38,495 nt of DNA from a virus (taxonomy: Duplodnaviria; Caudoviricetes). Below, piece after piece: positions 26,652-34,524 of this stretch. Where the stretch lies: the IMG/VR virus record IMGVR_UViG_3300016649_000189, positions 1 to 38,495 of that record. One strand, given 5' to 3'. The notes under the pieces are model-generated. The model was not told the DNA's origin. It did no database searches and saw only the letters and a list, made by a program, of their open reading frames with translations. Numbering within the stretch: position 1 is the first letter of the stretch; each line of letters opens with the position of its first letter. Made by a program: the position numbers and the translations under genes.

Positions 26652-26893
26652 ACGAGACAAGCCTCCTCTTTTCCCATCCTCCTTATCCGTTCAAGCAGGT
26701 ATCCGTTCCGGTTCATCCAGTTGACCAGCTGGGCGGTGTAGTCGGCTCGCTCATCGACTGAAAGACGGCGGATAGTTTCCAAGGGTTCCGCCCTCAGTCT
26801 GATTCCGTTTGGGGTTTGTTCCTTGTAGTGGGTGATGACTAGCCCCGAAGACAAGGTGAAGTCGGGCGGGGTTGGGTGGGAGAATTTGGTCAT
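26648..26893 (-). CDS. Hypothetical early protein
   Basis: GGAGG RBS; coupled. Confidence 0.6.
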   Translation of the reverse strand: MTKFSHPTPPDFTLSSGLVITHYKEQTPNGIRLRAEPLETIRRLSVDERADYTAQLVNWMNRNGYLLERIRRMGKEEACLV

Positions 26894-27072
26894 CGCACCG
26901 CCTCCGCAACCTTGCGAAGCCTCGCCTTAACTTGAGCCACCGCCCAGCTTTGGGCGTAGTCGTGGTCTGTCACTAGGTCGTTAAGGGTTAGGCGTATGTC
27001 TGTTTCGCTTGGGTTCTCCCCCTTCTCGATGAAGAAGGAGGCCGTCTCTCTGATTGCTTCTCTTGTTGTCAT
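26890..27072 (-). CDS. Hypothetical early protein
   Basis: AAAGGA RBS. Confidence 0.6.
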   Translation of the reverse strand: MTTREAIRETASFFIEKGENPSETDIRLTLNDLVTDHDYAQSWAVAQVKARLRKVAEAVR

Positions 27073-27151
27073 GGGTCTGGGTTCCTTTCTGGGTTAGCAA
27101 TTAAACTGTTTAATTTGGCTTATATGGGCTTTTATGGTCTTATTAGACACA

Positions 27152-27661
27152 TCACACCCAAGCGGGTTTCTTCTCTGCATCTGGAAGGCTGGCCAAGAAG
27201 GAGGCAACTGAATCGGGAAGCTCCTCCTTAAGCCAAGCGGTTCCGTATTTGTAGGGCTTGCCTTCGTGAATGAATGATTCATCCACAAGGAGGCCTCTCT
27301 CCTCAAGCATTTGGCAAACCGCCTTATATTCGTATTTATTGCCTTGGGCTTGCCATTCTTCAATGGCTTCCTGTTGCTTGGGGCTTCCGGCCTTCATGTC
27401 GTTAAGATGCCAACGCTTCCAGACATCCCGAAACTTTCTCACTAGGTTGGGAGTCCAGCCTTTCCGGTAAGTTTTAATTTTCCAAGGGTGCATATTAATC
27501 TGACCGCAACTTCCTCGGCAGTTCCCGCTTTGGGTCGGCCCCTCAACTCCCGATATTGAGAGCCTGCCTTCAGTTAGTTCAATTTTACAGAATAGTTCCG
27601 CCCCCTTGGGGCTTCCGATGTCAACTATCCCGATGTTTACTATCTTTTGGGTCGTGTTCAT
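27152..27661 (-). CDS. Conserved hypothetical early protein (SCGQI...WKRWHLNDM...YKYGTAW)
   Basis: The AAAGGAG RBS favours the start at 27661. Confidence 0.7.
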   Translation of the reverse strand: MNTTQKIVNIGIVDIGSPKGAELFCKIELTEGRLSISGVEGPTQSGNCRGSCGQINMHPWKIKTYRKGWTPNLVRKFRDVWKRWHLNDMKAGSPKQQEAIEEWQAQGNKYEYKAVCQMLEERGLLVDESFIHEGKPYKYGTAWLKEELPDSVASFLASLPDAEKKPAWV

Positions 27662-27681
27662 TGGTTGGGTTCTCCTTTTGG

Positions 27682-27807
27682 TTAGTTTTCCGAGACGAAG
27701 AGGCCGTGGAACATCCAGCCCAAGGCCGAGAGGATCGGCACTAGGGGAATGAAAAGGTCGGAGCCTTGGGGGAGGCTCTGGGCGAAGGATTGAAGAAGGG
27801 TAATCAT
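27682..27807 (-). CDS. Membrane micropeptide (41 aa, MITLLQSFAQSLPQGSDLFIPLVPILSALGWMFHGLFVSEN)
   Basis: Fills the gap between two genes; hydrophobic. Confidence 0.5.
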   Translation of the reverse strand: MITLLQSFAQSLPQGSDLFIPLVPILSALGWMFHGLFVSEN

Positions 27808-27816
27808 GTTTGCTTA

Positions 27817-28158
27817 TTAGATGTTGCAGGGCAAGGAATCCATGAGGGGGAGCCTTGCTTCTAGTTGATCGCATTCAGCCGAGGAAAGAATCTGAGAAAG
27901 CCCCAAACCTCGGACTACTTCGCCTTCCTTGTAGGAATTGGACATGGTGGAGTTGTCTCCCCAAGCAAGGAAAACCCCAGCAAAAGCTTTGCCTTGGGAG
28001 TCCTCTCCTCGGAAAGAGATTTCCTTAACTTCCCGAAGGCGGTTGAAGCAATCGGGGGCAAGGCTTCCGACATTAAGGGAGAGAATCCATTCCCGACTAG
28101 GCTTGAAGGCCAGTCTTCCGAGTTCGTCATTAATAAACTTACTTGGGTTCTTGTTCAT
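27817..28158 (-). CDS. First early gene, hypothetical
   Basis: Immediately downstream of a promoter-like site. Confidence 0.6.
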   Translation of the reverse strand: MNKNPSKFINDELGRLAFKPSREWILSLNVGSLAPDCFNRLREVKEISFRGEDSQGKAFAGVFLAWGDNSTMSNSYKEGEVVRGLGLSQILSSAECDQLEARLPLMDSLPCNI

Positions 28159-28193
28159 GTTTTGTTGTTACCATATGTAACTAGCAGGGTCAA
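28159..28193 (-). promoter_or_regulatory. Probable early promoter (TTGACC-N17-TAACAA, extended TG)
   Basis: -35 at 28188-28193, -10 at 28165-28170, 6 nt before the ATG; overlaps GTTAC-N5-GTAAC. Confidence 0.5.
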
Positions 28194-28473
28194 TAGCAAC
28201 TGGAACGATATTAGAAACTCAGTTCGTGCTTATTAGATATTCTTAATGAAAGAAAAGAGATTTGAGAGGGGAAAAGGCTTGGGAAAGACTGACGGGCTTT
28301 CTCAAATTAAGAAAGAATAAAAAAGGGGAATGGATTAGGGAAAGGCTTGGTCGGGGGTCGGGCTTTGACTGGCTGGCTGTCCCTTGTCCCTCGATTGCTT
28401 TGAATAATCTAGGCTTTGACGGACTGACGAGACTTACCAACCCAAAAAAGAAAATTCACAAAAAGAAAAAAGC

Positions 28474-28511
28474 CTTACGCAGTAAGTACCCTCCAGAAAA
28501 GTAGGTGTCAA
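28474..28511 (-). promoter_or_regulatory. Probable leftward promoter (TTGACA-N17-TACTTA) with overlapping palindrome
   Basis: Perfect -35 at 28506-28511; CTTAC-GCA-GTAAG at 28474-28486. Confidence 0.45.
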
Positions 28512-28559
28512 GGCTTTTTAGATGATTGCAAAGATAAGGGATGGAGTTAAGGGGATTCC

Positions 28560-29267
28560 TTGGTGAATCTCAGCCCAGAAACAATTAGAGAAGAGGCAAA
28601 GGGAGAGGCGGGAAGGAAGTCCAAGTATTCGATCAAAAAGGTGAGGGAGATTTGTAAGCATGTTCTAAGGGGGATTCCCTTGCGGTATGCTTCCCCGCTT
28701 TGTGGGATTCCTTTTGGTACGGCGAAGGGATGGCTGGCGGAACATCCAGAGATGGGGGAGATGCTTGAGGAAGCTCACGGAAAGTTCGTTCAGAATCATG
28801 TTGGGAACATCGAGAGACATTCCAAGATGTCAGAAAAGCCGTCTCAGTGGCTTCTTGAGAGGCGAGCTAAGCAAGAGTTCGCCCCTGCTTATACTGATCA
28901 AGGCAAGGCAGGCTCTACTCTGAATGTCCTAGCCCTTGGGAATGATGCCCTAGGGAAGCTGATGCAGGGATGGAGCGGGATGCTCGGCGGGGAGATGAAG
29001 CAAGCGGAAGTCGTTGAAGTTAGTCCAGCCATCGAACAGAACACCAACACTAACCCTAGTCCGTCTCTGTTAGTCCATAATTCAACTGAATTATTGGAAC
29101 CACCTAAACCAGAACCGATCCCCATTTCTTCAGAGGAGATTAGCCAGCCAGAACAGAAGGAAGCCTCTTTTGAAAGTTTGCAAGTCGTTAAGAGAAAGAG
29201 AGGAAGGCCGAGAAAGTATCCCAAGCCAGACCCTACCGGCATACCCCCCACCCCACCCACACCCTAA
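28560..29267 (+). CDS. terS: Terminase small subunit with C-terminal AT-hook
   Basis: N-terminal HTH, QWLLERR motif, upstream of TerL; KRKRGRPRKYP. Confidence 0.8.
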   Translation: MVNLSPETIREEAKGEAGRKSKYSIKKVREICKHVLRGIPLRYASPLCGIPFGTAKGWLAEHPEMGEMLEEAHGKFVQNHVGNIERHSKMSEKPSQWLLERRAKQEFAPAYTDQGKAGSTLNVLALGNDALGKLMQGWSGMLGGEMKQAEVVEVSPAIEQNTNTNPSPSLLVHNSTELLEPPKPEPIPISSEEISQPEQKEASFESLQVVKRKRGRPRKYPKPDPTGIPPTPPTP

Positions 29268-29348
29268 ATATAAGCCCCCCTTTCAGAAAAAATTATAAAA
29301 ATCAGTCCGAATAAAAATTTAGAAAAATCCAACCCTTAACAACGCCTC

Positions 29349-30749
29349 ATGCCTCTCGCCACTCCCGACCAGCTTCCCAAAAACCCCACTCCAGACCAAC
29401 TCTTAGCAACGCCGCTGGGCTTCTCCAAAATGCTTGGCATCGACCTCCATCCTTGGCAGGCGAAGGTCTTCTTGGACGTGGCCCTCGGAAACCGAGTCGC
29501 ACTCAAAGCCGCCAACGGCTCAGGCAAAACCTCCTGCCTAGCGGCCCCTCTGGTTCTTTGGTGGTGCGCCGTCTATCCCAAGAGCCAAGTCGTCACCACG
29601 GCAGGGGTCTATCGTCAGGTCAAGGAACAGCTTTGGCAGAGGCTCGCCGGATGGCGGGACAGGCTGGTTGGCTGGACTCTCAACGCTACTGACCTGACCG
29701 CCCCCAACGGATCTAAGGCCATCGGTTTCTCTACTGACGAACCCAATAGGTTTGAGGGCTGGCACAACGACAGGCTCCTGATGATCTTTGATGAAGCCAA
29801 GTCCATCCCCCACGACATCTGGAGGGCCGCTGAACGCTGTCAGCCCTTTAGCTGGCTGGCCATGAGCAGTACCGGAGGCATGGACGGGGAATTTGCCCAA
29901 TGCTTCCTAAGCAAGAGGGAGTTCTGGAAACAATACTCTGTGACTGCCTATGACTGCCCCCATATCCCGAAAGACTGGATTGATATGCAGATCAAGAAGG
30001 AGGGCCGAGATAACCCCTTTATCAGAAGCATGATATTCAGCGAGTTCATGGGAGAGGACGATGGGATCTCCCCCTTCACCCATTCCAAGCTAAGGTTCTG
30101 CCGAGAGAATCCCCCCAAGAAAGAGGAAGGCCTTCCGGTAGCTTTCATCGACTGGGCCGGAGGCGGTGACGAGAGCGTGATCGCCATTAGGCGTGGTAAC
30201 GTGTTAGAAGCCGTGATAGGGTGGAAGGACTCGGATACGATGAAAAGCGTTTCTAGGGCCATTTATGAGCTAAAGAAGGCCAACCTGAAGCCTTCTGATG
30301 TCTGGGCTGATGATGGGGGGCTGGGTAAGCCAATGAATGACCGGATGAGGGAAATGGGCTGGCCTGTCAAAAGGCTGAACTTTGGGGGCAGGCCTCACTC
30401 GGATCGCTATGTCAATCGGGGTTCTGAAATCTGGTGGGAGACGGCAAGGCAGATTGAGAGGGCTGAACTGATACTCCCAAGTGATGAGTTGCTGGATGCC
30501 CAGCTTTGTTCCCGCAAGGCCAAGATCACGTCAGCCGGAAAGATGGGGCTGGAGTCCAAGGATGAGATGAAGCGCAGGGGGGTGACTTCGCCGGATCGTG
30601 GGGATGCGGTTTGCGGGGTGTGTTGCGTCAGAAATGATTTGGGGCTTGCCAGCTTTGACTCCGGCAGTACGGGCTTGGATTGGTTGAGCGAGATTCAGGA
30701 ATCTTCTGGAGAGGCTTCCTCGATATCCGGCTTCGACTGCGGAGGTTAA
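29349..30749 (+). CDS. terL: Terminase large subunit
   Basis: AANGSGKT, IFDEAK, FIDWAGGGDESV, SPDRGDA. Confidence 0.95.
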   Translation: MPLATPDQLPKNPTPDQLLATPLGFSKMLGIDLHPWQAKVFLDVALGNRVALKAANGSGKTSCLAAPLVLWWCAVYPKSQVVTTAGVYRQVKEQLWQRLAGWRDRLVGWTLNATDLTAPNGSKAIGFSTDEPNRFEGWHNDRLLMIFDEAKSIPHDIWRAAERCQPFSWLAMSSTGGMDGEFAQCFLSKREFWKQYSVTAYDCPHIPKDWIDMQIKKEGRDNPFIRSMIFSEFMGEDDGISPFTHSKLRFCRENPPKKEEGLPVAFIDWAGGGDESVIAIRRGNVLEAVIGWKDSDTMKSVSRAIYELKKANLKPSDVWADDGGLGKPMNDRMREMGWPVKRLNFGGRPHSDRYVNRGSEIWWETARQIERAELILPSDELLDAQLCSRKAKITSAGKMGLESKDEMKRRGVTSPDRGDAVCGVCCVRNDLGLASFDSGSTGLDWLSEIQESSGEASSISGFDCGG

Positions 30750-30757
30750 AAACATAA

Positions 30758-30928
30758 ATGCAAATCTGGAATTGGCTGACTCAAAACTGGACGGAAGTGG
30801 TGGCGGCTGTGGGCGGAGTTGTCCTTGCGGCCCGCATCATTGTGAAATTAACCCCGACCAACACGGACAACGTGGTGGTGGAAAAGATCGTCAACTTTCT
30901 CAAGGGCGTGGGCCTCAAGATCGACTAA
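30758..30928 (+). CDS. Holin-like membrane protein (56 aa, MQIWNWLTQNW...KLTPTNTDN...)
   Basis: Not in the ORF track; GGAGG RBS; TM helix; precedes a spanin-like pair. Confidence 0.6.
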   Translation: MQIWNWLTQNWTEVVAAVGGVVLAARIIVKLTPTNTDNVVVEKIVNFLKGVGLKID

Positions 30929-31114
30929 GTGGGCATTCTGTCCGCCATATTGCAGATTATAGCGAGGCTCCTTGGTTTGATCCCCGACCAGAAGCAACGT
31001 GAGATTAACAGGGCTCGTTCGGATTGGGAAAGAAATCGGGAAGCTATCAATACCGATCTCGCTCCTCAGCCTTGGTGGATGCGCCACGACAACGATTCCG
31101 GTTCCAAGAACTGA
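30929..31114 (+). CDS. Putative i-spanin (Rz-like)
   Basis: N-terminal hydrophobic helix, then a charged helix; overlapped by a lipoprotein ORF. Confidence 0.5.
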   Translation: MGILSAILQIIARLLGLIPDQKQREINRARSDWERNREAINTDLAPQPWWMRHDNDSGSKN

Positions 31115-31244
31115 CGGGAATGTGGAAAGACTGATGAGCATTCCCGAATACAAGGAAGTCAAGGATTCTAACCCTTCCGTCAAACGCTGGGCTTGGGAAG
31201 CCCTCAACACGGTCAATGATCTGGAGTACCAGCTAAAGAAATGA
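30999..31244 (+). CDS. Putative o-spanin lipoprotein (Rz1-like)
   Basis: Lipobox LSLGG-C (Cys at 31080) in an overlapping frame; coupled to the portal ATG. Confidence 0.6.
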   Translation: MRLTGLVRIGKEIGKLSIPISLLSLGGCATTTIPVPRTDGNVERLMSIPEYKEVKDSNPSVKRWAWEALNTVNDLEYQLKK

Positions 31245-33124
31245 AGGATCGGGAAGAGCTTTATTCGTCCTTATTGGATGATCTTCGGGCCAGAACTGGC
31301 TGGGAGGAACGGCAGAGGATTTGGTATGAGATGCGCCATAACGGCCTTCGCCGGAAAAAGAAACTGCCTTGGCAGGCCGACCTGCATTATCCGCTGGCTG
31401 ATTCCATCATCGGGAAGCTCAAGCCTTTTTATTATCAGCAGGTTTTTTCCAATGAGGTGATTGCCACGTTCATCCCAGTCAAGGGCCAGAACGAGGGAGT
31501 CACGCAGGCCGTTTCCAGATTCTTTGATTATCAGATCAAACAGAACTCCAATTTTGAAACGGAGATCCTGACCACGATTGACGCAATGCTGATGAGCGGC
31601 CTCAATCTTTTGAAGATTTCTTGGGACGAGGATGCCAAGGGACTCCGGTTTGATTCGGTTGATCCAGTCTATGCCATCGTTCCGTATTACACCCGTGATA
31701 TCAAATCCTGTGACCGCCTGTGCCATGTGATTCCGATGAGCCTGAATCAATATAAGAGCAACAAGCTCTATAATCAGGACGAGGAATTTATCAGCCGCAT
31801 CAAGGGGCGGATTAACGAGGGAACGAAGTTTTCCGCCATTGAGGATACCAAGCTCCGCCGTGAGGGCATCACCGTTGGAAGCGAGGACAACCAGATCATT
31901 GTCTGGGAAGTCTATGAGCGCACCGAGGACGGAAAGATTTTCGTGCATACGTTCAGTCCGGTTGCCCCCAACGAGGATATCCGCCCCACGTTTGAGCTTC
32001 CCTACACCCACGGCCAGTTGCCCTTTGTCCCGTTTGTCATGGAGATCAAGGACAAGGGCGTTTATTCCAGCCGAGGCATTTGCGAGATCGTGGCTCCGTT
32101 TGAGGCGTATATGTGCAAGCTGATGAACGAAAAAGCCGATGCGATGACTTTGTATAATCGGCCTTTGTTCCGCTGTGAGCAGGATATCCCCAACACGAAC
32201 AACTTGAAGTTCGGCCCCGCCACAATCCTTCCGGTTGGCGTTCAGCCCGTCACCATGCCCCAGCCCCCGATCAGCTTTGATCAGGAGATGATCAATCAGC
32301 GTATGATCTCGGAATATCTCACCTCCATGCCGGACTTCGGCTTGGCCCAGCAGGGCAATACCAAGAATGCCCGTACTGCCACGGAGGTTTCCCAGATCGG
32401 AGCCCTCATGGGCCAAAGCACCGATCTTCGGGCTCGCATCTTCCGCATCTCCCTTGGTTATGTTTTCCGTCAGGCCTACTCCGTTCTTTGCCAGTTTGGC
32501 AAAAAGAACCTGAGCTATTCCTTTCAGGAGACATTCGGGGAAGTTCCGCCGGAAGCCTTGGAACAGGCCTATGCAATTCATCCTTCCGGCTCCGCCGATG
32601 GCATCAACAAGGCCGTCCAGTACCAGAAAGCCTTCGCCCGTCTTCAGGGCTTTGCCAACAATCCTTTCGTGGATCAGCCAGCCTTGGTTCGATCCGTTCT
32701 GGAGATTGATGACCCGACCCTGATCAACAAGCTCCTGCGTGATCCAAACCAGAAAGCAATGGATCAGGCGGAGGATCAGGCTTCCGAGAATCTGATCATT
32801 GAATCTGGATTCCCCGCCCAAGTCCGGCCCTCCGATGATCACAAGGCCCATCTCCAAGTTCTCCTTCAGCGGGTGCAGATGCTTTCCCAGATGGGAGGCG
32901 GTTCTCCCCAGTCCCAGCAACTTTATGGTCAGCACTTGGAGCAACACCTTCAAGCCCTCGGTCAAACCGACAAGAACGCCGAGAGGCAGATTCGAGCCAT
33001 GTTGAAGCAACAGGCTCAGGCCATGCAGGCTCAGGCCCAAGGCCAGATGCAGAATCAGCCTCAGCCTCCCGCTGGAAGCGGAACCACCACCACCCAATCT
33101 GTGCCTCTTGCGGAACCCGTCTAA
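31241..33124 (+). CDS. Portal protein (P22-like with Q-rich C-terminal barrel)
   Basis: 627 aa after TerL; LPFVPF, SRGICE, ARTATEV, DDHKAHL, Q-rich tail. Confidence 0.9.
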   Translation: MKDREELYSSLLDDLRARTGWEERQRIWYEMRHNGLRRKKKLPWQADLHYPLADSIIGKLKPFYYQQVFSNEVIATFIPVKGQNEGVTQAVSRFFDYQIKQNSNFETEILTTIDAMLMSGLNLLKISWDEDAKGLRFDSVDPVYAIVPYYTRDIKSCDRLCHVIPMSLNQYKSNKLYNQDEEFISRIKGRINEGTKFSAIEDTKLRREGITVGSEDNQIIVWEVYERTEDGKIFVHTFSPVAPNEDIRPTFELPYTHGQLPFVPFVMEIKDKGVYSSRGICEIVAPFEAYMCKLMNEKADAMTLYNRPLFRCEQDIPNTNNLKFGPATILPVGVQPVTMPQPPISFDQEMINQRMISEYLTSMPDFGLAQQGNTKNARTATEVSQIGALMGQSTDLRARIFRISLGYVFRQAYSVLCQFGKKNLSYSFQETFGEVPPEALEQAYAIHPSGSADGINKAVQYQKAFARLQGFANNPFVDQPALVRSVLEIDDPTLINKLLRDPNQKAMDQAEDQASENLIIESGFPAQVRPSDDHKAHLQVLLQRVQMLSQMGGGSPQSQQLYGQHLEQHLQALGQTDKNAERQIRAMLKQQAQAMQAQAQGQMQNQPQPPAGSGTTTTQSVPLAEPV

Positions 33125-33140
33125 TAAGCCTAACTAATAT

Positions 33141-33470
33141 ATGTTGACCAAACTTAAATTAGTCATACGGCTCTTTAGAGAGCTAGGCCATGTCGAATCC
33201 ATCTGGGCTCCAGAGGATCAGGGTGCGGCCAAGCAGTTCTTTTCAACGCCCTCCGGCAAGAGGCTTCTTCTCGCTCTGCAAAACTGCGCCACCAGAAAAG
33301 ACACGCAGGCAGTATTCGCAGGGGGAGGCCGCTTGGAGGCCGGAAAGGCAGTCGGATTTCGTGAGGCACTTGTGATCCTTGAGTACCTCACAAACACCGA
33401 AATTGAGGATCAAACCGAGGGTTCGGAGGCTGGGGCCGTTGCCGAACTTCTTGAATCACTACGGCCCTAA
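33141..33470 (+). CDS. Small conserved protein between portal and scaffold (Bbp19-like)
   Basis: FFSTPSGKRLL...GFREAL pattern; synteny. Confidence 0.6.
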   Translation: MLTKLKLVIRLFRELGHVESIWAPEDQGAAKQFFSTPSGKRLLLALQNCATRKDTQAVFAGGGRLEAGKAVGFREALVILEYLTNTEIEDQTEGSEAGAVAELLESLRP

Positions 33471-33503
33471 ACCAGAGCAGGAAGGATACCTGACAAACCA
33501 ATT

Positions 33504-34520
33504 ATGAGTGAATCAATCAAAGAGGCGGCGGCTGTGGAGCCACAAGCCTCTCCAGAAGTTGAAGTGACGGAAGACATGATCAGGGAGCTTGCGGCGCAAG
33601 CCGATGGCATCCCCTACAAGCCTTCCGCCAAGGCGAATCCCGAAGCTGGCCCAACGCCTGACCAGCCGACCAAGGATGATTCCAAACAACCCGAAAAGGC
33701 CGAGGTGGAGAACAAGGATTCGGATGAATCCGCCCCCAAAGCCGAAACGATTCAGGAAAAAGACGACAAGCGCAATGCCTCCGAGGCCTCCGAAAAGGAG
33801 GAGCCCAAGGCTGAGGATTCTAAAAAGGATTCCAAGAGGGCCAAGGAAGAGGCGAGGCTGGCCGAAAGCTGGAAGAAGCTGGATGCCGAAAAGGCTCAAG
33901 TCAGGGCTTTGCAGGCCGAGCTTCAGAAGATGAAGGAGGAGGCCGAGAAGGCTTCCGATCCAACCGCTCCGGCCAAGCCGGAGGAGCTTCGCAAGTTCGC
34001 CCGTAGCTGGGAGGAGGAAGGCAGGGATGACCTAGCCAAAGCCGCCCGTCAGCAGGCCGATCTTTTGGAGCAGAGGCAGAAGCAGAATGCGGAAAGGGCG
34101 GAGAGAACCAAGCGGGAGTTCAATGAACGCTGGTCTTCCAGCGTCAACCGCATGATCTCGGAAAACCCAGACCTCAAGGACGAGCAATCTGACTTGGGTA
34201 AGCGGGTGGTTTCCATTCTGCGGAGCGAGGACGAGGAGCTTAAAACCCTCATCAACTCCACGCCCAACGGGTTCATCTATGCAACCCAGATCGCCAAGAT
34301 GCAACAGGCCGCAGAGGCTTCGGAAGCATTGCGTAAGGAAGTCGAATCCCTGAAAAAAGAGAACACCGATCTTCGGAAAAAAACATCGCTGTCCGCATCT
34401 GGTAGCCAAGCCCCCGCAAAGCGAAAGAGCTTTGAGGAAATGAGCTATCAGGAGCAGGAGGAGTTCCTTCGCAGGAACGCCAGCGATGCCGACAGGTTTG
34501 GGGTTCTCGTAGGAGAATAA
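33504..34520 (+). CDS. Capsid scaffolding protein
   Basis: Acidic disordered N-terminus, coiled coils, C-terminal FEEMSYQEQEEFL; precedes the capsid gene. Confidence 0.8.
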   Translation: MSESIKEAAAVEPQASPEVEVTEDMIRELAAQADGIPYKPSAKANPEAGPTPDQPTKDDSKQPEKAEVENKDSDESAPKAETIQEKDDKRNASEASEKEEPKAEDSKKDSKRAKEEARLAESWKKLDAEKAQVRALQAELQKMKEEAEKASDPTAPAKPEELRKFARSWEEEGRDDLAKAARQQADLLEQRQKQNAERAERTKREFNERWSSSVNRMISENPDLKDEQSDLGKRVVSILRSEDEELKTLINSTPNGFIYATQIAKMQQAAEASEALRKEVESLKKENTDLRKKTSLSASGSQAPAKRKSFEEMSYQEQEEFLRRNASDADRFGVLVGE

Positions 34521-34524
34521 TTCT

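Noticed and set aside
31271-33097. 608-aa antisense ORF opposite the portal gene
   Set aside because: It is codon-aligned with the portal, so it stays open simply because the portal avoids TTA, CTA and TCA codons. The translation is not protein-like.
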